From contig NC_068981.1 in assembly GCF_001194135.2 (NCBI RefSeq), forward strand, positions 122,833,891 to 122,881,377: a stretch of 47,487 nt of DNA, read 5' to 3'. Source of the DNA: Octopus bimaculoides (taxonomy: Eukaryota). The notes beneath the pieces were generated by a model. That model saw nothing but the letters and a program-made list of their open reading frames with translations, ran no database searches and was not told the origin of the DNA. This document shows, piece after piece, positions 10,109 to 22,045 of the stretch. A program made the translations under genes and the position numbers. Within the stretch, counting starts at the first letter, position 1. The number at the start of each line of letters is the position of its first letter.

Positions 10109-10610
10109 GGCGGCGAGCTGGCAGAAACGTTAACACGTTGGGCAAAGTTCTTAACGGTGTTTCGTCTGTCTTCGTGTTCTGAGTTCAAATTTCTCCTTGG
10201 TCCACTTTGCTTTTCCCCCTTTCGGGGTCGATAAATTAAACACCAGTTACGTACTGGTGTCGATATAATCGACTCCCCCCACCTCAAAAAAAAGAAACAA
10301 TTTCTGGTATGGTGCCTAGAGTAGAACAGAATATTTTGCATGCCGGACAAAATGCTTTGCGGCATTCCGTTCGTCTTTACTTTCTTAGTTCAATTTCTAT
10401 CATGGCCGACTTTGACTTTCATCCTTCGGGATCGATAAAATAACTACCAGTTGCGCACTGGGATCGATGTTATCAACTTATACCTTCTCCCGAAATTACT
10501 GGCCTTGTGCCAAAATTTGAAACCTATATCAGTATCATATAAAATAGTGAGCTGGCAGAACTGTTAGCAGACCGGGCAAAATGCTTAGTGGCATTTTGTC
10601 CGTCTTTACA
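10109..10610 (+). mobile_element. Three head-to-tail SINE family B copies (one near complete, one 5'-truncated, one head only)
   Basis: A-box-like GGCGAGCTGGCAGAA at about 10112 and again near 10547, B-box-like GAGTTCAAAT and TAGTTCAATT, and the repeated core CCTTTCGGGGTCGATAAA...ACCAGTT. Confidence 0.85.
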
Positions 10611-12914
10611 ATTTATTGATTCATCGGCGTGCTAGATCCATACCTACTCGTTCATAGCACTATGAATAATGACTTTTTACTGCAGATATTTATTAAATTA
10701 AGACTATTGCACTTAGCCTACGGACACACCGGAATTACAGGTTGTATTATGCTTGTGCATAATGAGATGGTGGTAGTAATGTACTAGAATACTAAGGTAG
10801 AATATAGGAGACCGGGAAAATGTCGTGAAATGTGGATGTGTCTATGATGAACTTCGCATTTACGTTTAAATCAATAACATTGAAAAATTCTGTGAATAAA
10901 TTGCATATCATTATGAACAATGTGTACTATACCTTGTTACATGGAATATTCGAAAATATATTACTTATCTAATTATTATGCTTGCCATGCTAGCAGCGCA
11001 TTTACACAGCTAACTTACACAAATATATTTCATCTATATACCCGCGACAGAGTGACAGTGTTGTGTACTTTTGTGTGCAAATGGGAAGCAATATTATCTC
11101 TAACAGCATTATTAAAATTAATGTTACAATAAATGTTTATTCACCGCAATAATTTATAACTCTCGATCAAAAATTGTCCTACTTTATTTTTGTGCAGCCT
11201 GATAGGATATTATATTTTAGCTAGCGCGATAACTTAAAATATGTATTAATACTGTACATATAACATTTGTAACGTATATACATGTCTTTCCTTTTAATGT
11301 GGATACACATGTATATTATATACACGGGTATTTTAATATAAGGCGGTTCCATGTACGAATCTTGTGCTACTATCAATTTCACAGTTGAGCGTGAAGCTGA
11401 CTTCGTTTCTTGTTTTAGGCTCTAGAAATTTACCAAGATGTTTTATAGAAAGCTATTTATTTCGCAAGTCATTATCCTTTCCATGAAAGATAGCTTTGGA
11501 TTTAGTTAAGCCGAACAAAAACCAGTACATCTGCGTATTTGTATACTGCATCGATTCTATTCGTGTACGAATTTCTTATCATATGGTGTTGATATAATTA
11601 GTAACACTGCGTCGTTCTTCGGTGCAATTTGTAATGGAGGAATCCCCTATGACGATGCGTGTTCAGAATAAAATGTAAACGAAACTTTTACTCTAATATA
11701 TAGACACGCTCCTATATACACATTGATTTCTTAATACATTGACAAACACATATGACCATATATTTATTGACATATAAAAAACAAAAACACACAACGGCAT
11801 ATAGAAATATACATATATACATACATACTTACTAACACACGTCCATACATATAGACATGTATTTCATTCATACCCACAAAGACGCATGCACAGACTTTTC
11901 ACATACCTACATACCTATCAACGCATAAATACAAGAACATACTACTAACTAGTATGGGTCACAATATAGAATCGTGGCCCATTAAACTTTTACATATTAC
12001 ATAGATTCGGCTACAAGCTTTGTGAATATACGCTTACTTATGCAAAAAATTACTCCTTTAAAAATCTGAAACTCAGATTTTCTACCCACTAACGCGAATA
12101 TATTTTAAGGTTAAATTCAAAGTGGGTTAAATTTAGATTGCATTGGTCTGTTATTGATTTTGCCAAACCTTAGCAAGGAACAGGTCAAAGGTATCAATTA
12201 TGTTTTTGCAAGGTACTTACTTAATTAGCAAAATGAAATAGTTATTAATTTTAGCCTTTGAGCAAAGTTTTTATTCTATAACTACCTCGCACGGAGTTAG
12301 CAATTATTTATTTAACCAATAATAGATCATGTTATTATCCACACGGCAATATGTAATATACAGTATTTAAACTGTTCTATGTAAAACATCTTCGCATAAT
12401 GTGTATTTGAGCAGTTTTACGAGCTTCTATAACTTATGTATTCTTTACCACTGCCCTTTCTTTCTCCCTTCTGATCGTTCGAATCTTGCGATGATGTTTT
12501 GTAACGAATCGGGCATGTCCTCAATCTAAATTCTAGAACACACACTCTTAATTCCTCTTAAAATCCTATCACATAGTTTATGTCACTAGGAAATATATTT
12601 TATGTTGGTCAGTATTTACTTATCACTCTTATTGTCTGTGTGTGTTGCTTCATATTCTTTATAGTTTTAATGAATAAAGTTCAATTTTTTAAGTACTAGT
12701 GTTCCTAATATTACTATATTGATTATTATATTTCTTATTGTTTTGTTTGACTTCCCCATAATAAAATAATGAGTTGCTATCATTATATTATGTCATTATA
12801 TCACTTAATACACTCACAATTATAGTTTCATTATAATTTTTTTCTCCTAAATGTAATAACGTTTTAATATCGGTAATTATATGTCGTTGTCATGTATCGT
12901 ACGTAAGCAGCGCA

Positions 12915-13625
12915 TTGATGACACTACAACGGAAATCTTCCCGATTAAATGCGAGTTCTCTGATTGCCTTGCAACTCTTGTCTAACCAGCTCTTCATACT
13001 TTCCGTCCATTGCGTTCTTCGCCTGCCTATATTCTTCCTTCCATGATAATGTTTTTCAGACTTATGATACTTCGGATGTGATCATAACAGATGAGCTTTT
13101 TCTCTTTTTCAATGCTCAGGAGTTGTCGTCTTTCACCTACTTGTTGGATCATACATTCATTTGCCCGATGACGCTTGTTAGAGATTCATAACTTTCTATC
13201 ATACACCTACATTTCAAACGCATTGTGCTCTCTTCATGTTCGTAAACTCACTCAGTGTCAATGTTTCAAGGCATAAATGCGTATAAGCCAAATAGCCCTC
13301 GTACTAACATTTTTTTTAACGTAGTTGTGACACTTTTTCTTGTCCAGATGTTATTAATCCTTTCCATAGATGTTCTTGCCATGGATAGCCGTGACATAAC
13401 TTCTTTCTTATATATTGCTTCATCAGAGGTTTGGTCTCCAAGGTACTTGTGCAATTCAACATCCTCGTGACGCTCATAGTTTGATGTTAATATTGACTTT
13501 CTCTTTCTCTATTACCATGACTTTTGTTTTCTGGTTCAGATAAAGATCATGCGCATTTCCTACCTACTTGACTCTAACATTTTTTGTAATCCGGCTTCAG
13601 TCATGGTGTTAAGAACAGTATTTTC
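12915..13625 (-). mobile_element. RTE-clade LINE, decayed RT C-terminal part
   Basis: Broken frames read YAENTVL (YADD-like), KYLGDQTSDEAIYKKEVMSRLSMARTSMERINNIW, NAFEM*VYDRKL, and LKNIIMEGRI...GRRRTQWTESMKSW. Confidence 0.85.
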
Positions 13626-13739
13626 TGCATACTTTACATTAAAACAATGCAAGCTGTGTATTTTACAGTCTTCTTGCATTTATTCTTGTATTATCAGCTT
13701 TGTGTAGATGTTGAACAAGCATGGAGAAAGAATATGGTC

Positions 13740-14130
13740 ATGACGAACTTCTCCAATTTTGAACATTTCTGTATTTCTATTCTTTGCTCAAGAGCAGGAC
13801 ACTTACTGAATGTAAAGTTGCATAACGTGTCTAATAATGGTCAGACAGTGAACATTTTTATTTCTTGCGGATACGCATGCTATCTACTATTTAGGACAAA
13901 AAGCACGAGGACAAAATGGATTTGCAATCACAGTGCACAAGTACATGGACAAGTCTTTTATGGGATGCAACCCAGTCAGTTATATGATCATTAGCTTCAG
14001 ACTATATGCAAAGCTCCTTCCAATATCCATTATACAAGCTTATACACCAGCTTCTGTCGAGGAACGAGGAAATACTTGATCAGTTCTATGAAAAACTGCA
14101 GAATATAATAGACAAATCACCAAAACAAGC
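13740..14130 (+). mobile_element. RTE-clade LINE APE endonuclease fragment, inverted relative to the adjacent RT fragment
   Basis: GQKARGQNGFAITVHKYMDKSFMGCNPVSYMIISFRLYAKLLPISIIQAYTPAS...LDQFYEKLQNIIDKSPK matches the RTE endonuclease pattern (NPVSDRIISIR...IIQVYAPT...DQFYE.LQ). Confidence 0.8.
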
Positions 14131-14522
14131 TATAGTAGTTATTTTATTTCATTCATTGTTTTAATTTGCTTTAATTTACCTGTTCTTGTATTCATATTTT
14201 CGAGGTTCCACATTGGCCAGTGTCCTAATTGCATTTATCTTATACTTATTTAATCCAACATTTAATTATTACTTCAGTAAATATTTCTACATTGTAGTAG
14301 CATGATATATAAGTGCAGTAATTCCAATAAGACATAATTCGATATTTTTAATGGTATGAATTTGGTACGTGAAAGATTATTTAAATGAGTATAAGAAATG
14401 GTGTACTTAGGATCTTAAAAATACCACTATTGGGTTTCGGTGTTCATTTCAACTATATGTACCCAACTCTATATATGCGTGCTAGTGTGTGTGTGTATGT
14501 GTCTGTGTGTGTATGCATGCAC

Positions 14523-14800
14523 GAGGGCGCATGGCCCAGTGGTCAGGATGTTGGATTCATGATCACGAGATCGTGGTTTCAATTCCTAGACGGGGTAGTG
14601 CATTGTATTCTTGAGCAAAACGCTTCATCTCGTGCTGCTCTGCGATCACTTCGACACCTGACGCGTGGCACCGGTTCAGATAACGTCGATTTGATGGAGA
14701 GAGTGAGTTAATGTGCGGCACGAACATTTGATCACTATAAACAATTCATTTATGCAGGTTGTTCGGCAAAAGCTGAATGCTTTTTCGTCGTCTTCAACGG
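14523..14800 (+). mobile_element. tRNA-derived SINE family C
   Basis: Head GAGGGCGCATGGCCCAGTGGTCAGG...GGTTTCAATTCC with A and B boxes. A homologous copy lies at 34260-34402 (-). Confidence 0.8.
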
Positions 14801-16343
14801 GAAAATCCACCATGCATTCATGCATATAGCATATCAGTTGCTATTGTATAATCCAGGAGGTTACCTTCAACAAACTTGCTGCGGGCAGAGGCGATTTGAA
14901 AGTTGAAATTCCACTATGAGTAATCATGCGACATGTTTATAAACAAGACTCAAGTATAGACAGCATCTAATTATTGAAAGTAGAATGAAATAGGAACTAA
15001 AAATAATTTAGCAAACTCCAGTCTTTAATGTGTATGATATATATGTGTGTGTGTATGTATGTATGTATGTATGTATGTATGTATGAGTTGATAACAGACA
15101 GGAAGTGACGTCCCACACATTTTAGAAGGAGTTGCATGTATTATTCAATACTTTCTTGACTTGATTCCCTGCAATTTAGAGTTTCGTAGGCTCGTGGAAG
15201 GAGCCTACCCTGTCAAGATGTCTGTCCTGATAGGCTCGTTAAATGAGCCTTCGAAATCTAAGCAGCATGGGGCTGAGTCTAACTCAGTAAATTTATACAT
15301 GTACATATGCATCTATACACACACATATACCTACGTATAAACTACTTTGAATACATATATCTCTAAATTCATATGTAGCAATATAGTGCTATGCACACTA
15401 TCTATAGAGTACCCTGTACACTCTCTCTAAATACACATTTTGCATACCTGGCTATTTCGATATACTTACAAACATACATGCGTACTTACATGCATAAATA
15501 TGTACATATACACACACATACATGCTAACATACATACATGCAAACATATATACATGCATGCATAACTACACACTTATGTCGATCACTAGCATCGAATTTT
15601 CAAACATAAATGACTATTACTTTATATTAATGCACACAAGAAATGTTGAATCAATTATAAGGTGTTATGTTACTAATGTGCCTTTGTAAGTACATGAAAG
15701 TAGGATCATTAATTAAGAGTTATACCTTTTAAATTAACCTCTTTATTAGTTAGAACGAATATTACTCGAGCTTAAGTTTAGAGTTTCAAAACGTTACTTC
15801 CTAAGTAATTTCGAATTTTTATGGTCGGTGGAATGAAACGGTTTTATGACTCCTCTAAATACATCCATACACGGAATTTATCTGCCTGTAATCAAACGTA
15901 GATAGCATGCACGGTCTCTATTCTTCTTATATATAAATACACTAATGGACATATACATACTCTTATACATATATTTACATATGCGTTTGTGTAAAAGAAA
16001 GTTATACATATATATATNNNNNNNNNNNNNNNNNNNNNNNNNNNNNNNNNNNNNNNNNNNNNNNNNNNNNNNNNNNNNNNNNNNTATATATATATATATA
16101 TATAATATATATAATATATATAATATGTAATATGTGTATATGTGTAGGGGAGAGTGAGTGTGTGTGTGTGTGTGTGTGTGTGCGTGCGTGTGTGTGATAT
16201 TTTTTATACGCTTGCTTATTTTTTATACATGCGTTGTGTGCATAGGTATATGTTAATTGACGTACGTATGTGAAGGTGAAAATTTCATCGTTTCTTTCTC
16301 ATTCAAAAAGAAGTAATCCAATTTTATACAACTTAATTCATGT

Positions 16344-16983
16344 AGTAAAGATTGTTTGCTAACATAACATGGTAGTCCTGGACTAATGTTGCTGTAATTT
16401 AGCCCCAGGAGACATCGTCTCCACCTGACTATACAACACGATCTGTGTCCTTATATTTTCGAGCAAGGGAATCTAGCACCCCCACTCAGCTCAAAACAAT
16501 ATCTGTGTATCTCGATTTCTGGTTTATTTCTCTTCATCAGCACAGAATAATTGTTCCGTTAGAGGTGGCGCTGTCAAATTCCCGTTCGTAATATATAGTT
16601 TTCAAAGTGACAACTAGTCACTGATTTATAAATTAGAAAGTTACTATTTGCGTATACAATTCTCCTGTTTAATTTTTAGTCGTCCTGATAAACGAACAGT
16701 AGTTAGTAAGTTGACTGTTAAAGCTGAGATTTGTATAAAATGAAAAATATTATACTTAAAAATGCGGTACATAGATGAAGGTTACCATATCACTATCAAA
16801 AGTGTTCAAAAACTCTTTAAAAGTTTGAGAATAATTAGTATCTGTTTGACAAAACAAATATTTGTCAAACATAACATGAATATGCTCCGCATTTAGACTA
16901 TGGATTAAGTTAGAAAATTACTATTTTTAAATCTCATAACGTGAGATATTCAGTACCAGTACTTTGGAGTAAAGATTGTTTGC
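16344..16983 (-). mobile_element. Diverged F1-family element, one about 624-nt monomer plus a 16-nt terminal direct repeat
   Basis: AGTAAAGATTGTTTGC occurs at 16344 and 16968. 16387-16450 is homologous to 8746-8815 (ATGTT.CTGT...TTAGCCCCAGGA...CTGTGTCCT). HHR at 16502-16546. Confidence 0.7.
16502..16546 (-). ncRNA. Minimal type I hammerhead motif (F1, diverged copy)
   Basis: TCTGTG-CTGATGA-AGAG-AAATAA-ACCA-GAAA-TCGAGA-TA-CACAGA has the canonical CUGAUGA core and a perfect 6-bp stem I of different sequence from the 9594 copy. Stems II and III are decayed. Confidence 0.65.
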
Positions 16984-17351
16984 CAGGACTGCCATGTTAT
17001 GTTTGCAAACAATCTTTACTCCAAAGTACTGTTGTTGAATATCTCACGTTGTGAGATTTAAAAATAATAATTTTCTAACTTAATCCATATTCTAAAAGCG
17101 CAGCATATTAATGTTATGTTTGACAAATATTTGTTTTGTCAAACGGATACTAATTATTCTCAAACTTTTAAAGAGTTTTTGAACACTTTTGATAGTGATA
17201 TGGTAACCTTCATCTAGGTACCGCATTTTTAAGTATAATATTTTTGATTTTATGAAAATCTCAGCTTTAACAGTCAACTTACTAACTACTGTTCGTTTAT
17301 CAGGGTGACTTAAAATTAAACAGGAGAATTGTATACGCAAATGATAGCTTT
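16637..17351. repeat. Long inverted repeat (about 345-bp arms, about 21-bp spacer)
   Basis: 16637-16983 is the reverse complement of 17005-17351 with scattered mismatches, in gap-free sequence. 16983-17020 is also the inverse of 16344-16381. Confidence 0.95.
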
Positions 17352-19361
17352 ATTCCTCATTGAACAGTAAGTCTTTATTGGCATCCGAACATTTCATCTT
17401 GTTTTTAACTTAACATATTACAAAACCACTTGGTTTTGCAAATATAAAAATTCCCAATCGCTTCATTAACATGTATTATTAAGTCAGAAGCGTTCAAGTA
17501 AACACATGAAAACTATTTCCTCCAAAACATTGCCTGAAGAACACTTTAATATAAACTTGAAACTTCAGTTGCAAAGAAAGTGTATAATGAATCATTGCTT
17601 TTAAGGAAACGTTAATCAAATATATGCAAAAACAAAAAGGCATTACAGAATTAAGAATGTCAATAACAATAACGTCGTACCAAGCAGGATATAAAGCAAA
17701 AATTTTAATAAACATAAATGTAAGAGAACATGACTTCTTATCAATGAAATTGAATAATGCAGCGTTTAGTCGAAAACATTATAAAATTGGTTGGGTGGCA
17801 AGTAATGGAAGAAACTTACAAACCTGCAGGCAGCCTAGATGGCAAATTCACTTTAAACGTTGCTTTCTAAATTACTGTTCGTGAATGTCTCTGTATTGCT
17901 GGAAGGAATACTCACATGCTATGAAACACGACTTACGTGTAATTGCCATAAGTAAAAATAATAAACATTTTAAATAGAGAAAATTTGAAAAAATAAACGA
18001 TACGAATACATCAAAATGAAATGTTGTAAAAGAAAATATTTCACAAGTATTTAATACATCCTCCAATATGAAAATGACATAACATAAATTATTTAGACTT
18101 CAAAAGAGTTCTCTGAATGCTTTTAACACTTCTTTTCTAATGAAATGTCAATAGTATGAAATGAGAGTAAAAGAAAGTCACTCTGGTACGCTGTTAGTGA
18201 TTCATTTATGTCATTCTAATACGCTTTAATAGATTTATACTTTTAGTATGATCAATTCTCAGGCTAAACTCCATCATAGATGTGTTATGCTTATTTACAT
18301 ATGCAGCTTGATATAAGATGTTTCGATACTGAAAAAAACGGAAAGAAATTTTAATCTGATAGATAATAATACAAATTCATGACATGTATTTATATGATTT
18401 CTATACCATTCCATCCACTAGAACCAAAATAATAACGATGAAAATATTACTCTATAATTAAAACATACTAACACTATAGAAATGTTATATGATTTCATCA
18501 TTCATAATTATATGGCAGTAAATTTCAAAAATATGTACAAATAATATGCCTATGTGTGTGCGCATATACAGCTTAACATATGGATAAATGTTCTTAAGTC
18601 ACAGAACATTTAATACTCAATATTTGCAGAGATTGTATTAAATGTCGAAACTAGTATATATGTACAAAACGTATAGGTAATTACCAACATACATAAAGAC
18701 CCAAGACATAATTCAGCTGTTATAATGTTCTATATGCGTTTACTTTGCTTTTCTTTGTGATTCACTTCACTACATGGTATCTAGAGCACATTTCATCTAC
18801 TATAATCTCCAGTTGACCAAAGCTGTGTAAATGAAACAACGGGCAGAAACGATGTGCATTTAAGCGTGTGGATATGCGTGTTGATAGATGGAATCTCTCC
18901 TTTCTCACACACTGTATGTATATATATATACATACATACATATACATATATATAAGCTTATTAAGAACTCATCTACTACAATACACGAAACAAGCCTGGT
19001 AATACAATAAAATAGACTTTGACCTAATTAGATAGAATCCAAACCTTCGGCCAGCAACTGGTGTGTAGCTGAGGTCAACCAAAGAGTTCTACAAACATAT
19101 CAGAATTCAGATTCAAACTAACTTTCATTCGTTTCATCCTGGATCCTAACCACTATGCAAATAACTGAATTCCGTTCGCTTCGTGTAAAGCTTGGTGAAA
19201 GACCCTGAACGTAGCTGCACAGAAAATAATGCCCGGTTGCATATGCAAGTGTTCATACCATAAAAATATGACGCATGACAAACTGTAAAATAAAAAGAAA
19301 TAAATTTTGAGGATGTACCTATCCCCGCGTTCTTTATCACTATAATTATTGCATATATATA

Positions 19362-19811
19362 TTAGCTAAAGTACCCAGCGTTGCTCGAAAGGTTAAGAAT
19401 TTTAAAGGAAATAAATATAATTATTCTGATAAAAAAGATATTTTCAGAAAAATGCCATCAGTTGATGCGAGTATAAGCAAAGTTATTAAAACAAATCCTG
19501 AACTCAATCACGGTTTATTTTTGTAGAACTTCTAAATATACAATGTTTTCAGTGTGCCCTTTAATTGGTGTACAATGAAAAAAGTGTTTTTGGGACATCC
19601 TACATATAACTGGCCATGAGAAAAGCAAGGAGAAGCAAGGAGAAGCAAGGAGAAGCAAGGAGTGAGGCAATGGACATGGACGTGTGTATGTGTTGATGGG
19701 GGCGAGACAGAAAATTTGTGTTGTGTGTGTGGGGGGAGAGAAATAGAGAATGACAACGTACATTTTTTATTTATTTTTTCTTGCATCATTTTCATTGTAT
19801 AAGTGATAGAC
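19362..19811 (+). mobile_element. Possible non-autonomous Helitron-like element with an internal (GCAAGGAGAA)n minisatellite
   Basis: The start TTAGCTAAAGTACCCAGCGTTGCTCG resembles the recalled ACCCGGCGTTGCTCGG 5' motif of small rolling-circle elements. It sits beside a short TA run and ends ...GTATAAGTGATAGAC. Not verified. Confidence 0.3.
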
Positions 19812-20107
19812 TGAGAGAGAGAGAGAGGTGTGTGTTATTGTTTGTGTGTGTGTGAAAGAGAGAGAGAGAAAGAGAGAGAGTGATATCATAAATTTTACTT
19901 AGTTACTTATATATACAAAAACAAAATTGTCACGAGAACACACACCATTCACTAACTGACTCTTTCTCTCTTCCTCACACGCACACACATAATAAACATG
20001 TATGCATATATATTTATGTAAGTGTATATGATAGGCAATGGGTGTATGTATGTGTTTGTGTGCGTGTGTGACTGACCCTAGCCATTTTCCAGATCCATGA
20101 CAACACC

Positions 20108-20144
<37 letters not shown>

Positions 20145-20166
20145 AACACACACACAAACACACACA

Positions 20167-20209
<43 letters not shown>

Positions 20210-20383
20210 AAACACATATTTAAAAACCTACGAGACAAAGTAAATAAATGAAATGTNNNNNNNNNNNNNNNNNNNNNNNNNNNNNNNNNNNNNNNNNNNN
20301 NNNNNNNNNNNNNNNNNNNNNNNNNNNNNNNNNNNNNNNNNNNNNNNNNNNNNNNNNNNNNNNNNNNNNNNNNNNNNNNNNNN

Positions 20384-20447
<64 letters not shown>

Positions 20448-20629
20448 TTTCGCTCTGTATCTAAAAAAGTGAAACTATAGCGTTGTAAAAGGTGAAATTA
20501 TTATACCGATGAAAATCAAAACAGAAGGGTCGTATAGGAAGGCCCTATATAGCCCCCTATATAGGCAAGGGCAGAATATTTGACTCCCTACAACCTTCCC
20601 TGTGTAATGAAAAACAGGAATTTCTTTAA

Positions 20630-20967
20630 GGCGCAGATGTGGGTGTGTAGGAAGAAGGTTGCTTCCCAACCACATAGTTCTGTGTTCAGTCCCACTGCGT
20701 GGTACCTTGGGCAAGTGTCTTCTACTATAGCATCGGACCTACCAAAGCCTTGTGAGTGGATTTGATAGACGGAAACTGAAAGAAGCCCATCGTGTATATA
20801 TGTGTGTGTGTATGTTTGTGTGTCTGTCTTTGCCGACCCCACCCCACCGCTTGACAACTGATGTTGGTGTGTCTATGTCCCAGTAACTTAGAGGTTCAGC
20901 ATAAGAGACCGATAGAATAAGTACTATCCTTACAAAAAATAAGTCCTGGGGTTGATTTGTTCGACTA
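20630..20967 (+). mobile_element. tRNA-derived SINE family A with an internal (TG)n tract (3' end lost in gap)
   Basis: Head GGCGCAG..GTGTGTAGG...GTTCAGTCCC, then GTACCTTGGGCAAGTGTCTTCTACTATAG, the internal microsatellite, and the same 3' half as 1-223. Confidence 0.88.
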
Positions 20968-22045
20968 NNNNNNNNNNNNNNNNNNNNNNNNNNNNNNNNN
21001 NNNNNNNNNNNNNNNNNNNNNNNNNNNNNNNNNNNNNNNNNNNNNNNNNNNNNNNNNNNNNNNNNNNNNNNNNNNNNNNNNNNNNNNNNNNNNNNNNNNN
21101 NNNNNNNNNNNNNNNNNNNNNNNNNNNNNNNNNNNNNNNNNNNNNNNNNNNNNNNNNNNNNNNNNNNNNNNNNNNNNNNNNNNNNNNNNNNNNNNNNNNN
21201 NNNNNNNNNNNNNNNNNNNNNNNNNNNNNNNNNNNNNNNNNNNNNNNNNNNNNNNNNNNNNNNNNNNNNNNNNNNNNNNNNNNNNNNNNNNNNNNNNNNN
21301 NNNNNNNNNNNNNNNNNNNNNNNNNNNNNNATATATATATATATATATATATATATATACGGTATAATATATATAACATAGGGATTCAAATGAAGTCATT
21401 CGTTAAACACTTCCCACAGTTTCACCAATTCTCTCATTCACTACTCTATTACACTTCAAACACGCACAACTAGTTGCTTGGCATCATGCATAACCAGTTG
21501 TATAGCAGAGCAGAGTACATTTGCATGTAATAAGTTTTCATATTGCAAAGAAAGTACTTCGGTGTATTTTGCGTTATATGAATGTGTTTGATAATGGAAT
21601 ATACGCTCTGGAGTAATAATTCTCAATAATATTTGTTTGCGATATACGATCATATTTCCAATCGTAACTTATTTACATTATCTCCAGCACTAAAGCACTT
21701 AAAATATAAATTAACAGATATTTAATTCTTAAATATTCATTTTCAAATGCCTAAGATATGAGTCACGTTAATAGATATGCACGCAGATTAATCGAAAATA
21801 ATATTCCTCACGAGAAAACTATTATCCAGAAACCCTATGATATGTGCAGATTTTATGTAATAGATACATATGTGTGAGGGTCTCCGTATATATAATATAC
21901 ATACACATGCTCACACACGTGCATGCACGCACGCACGCACACATAATGGAGTCTTCCGTGTTTGTGTTTAATGATTTATGTATGTTTCTTTATGTAAGTT
22001 TATTTTTAAGTACACGTACATTGATATACATGTCATCTCTTACAG

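Noticed and set aside
14523-14600. tRNA gene calls for SINE heads (also 10109, 20630, 37265, 41780)
   Set aside because: They have A/B boxes but no complete cloverleaf, and each continues into a multi-copy SINE body.
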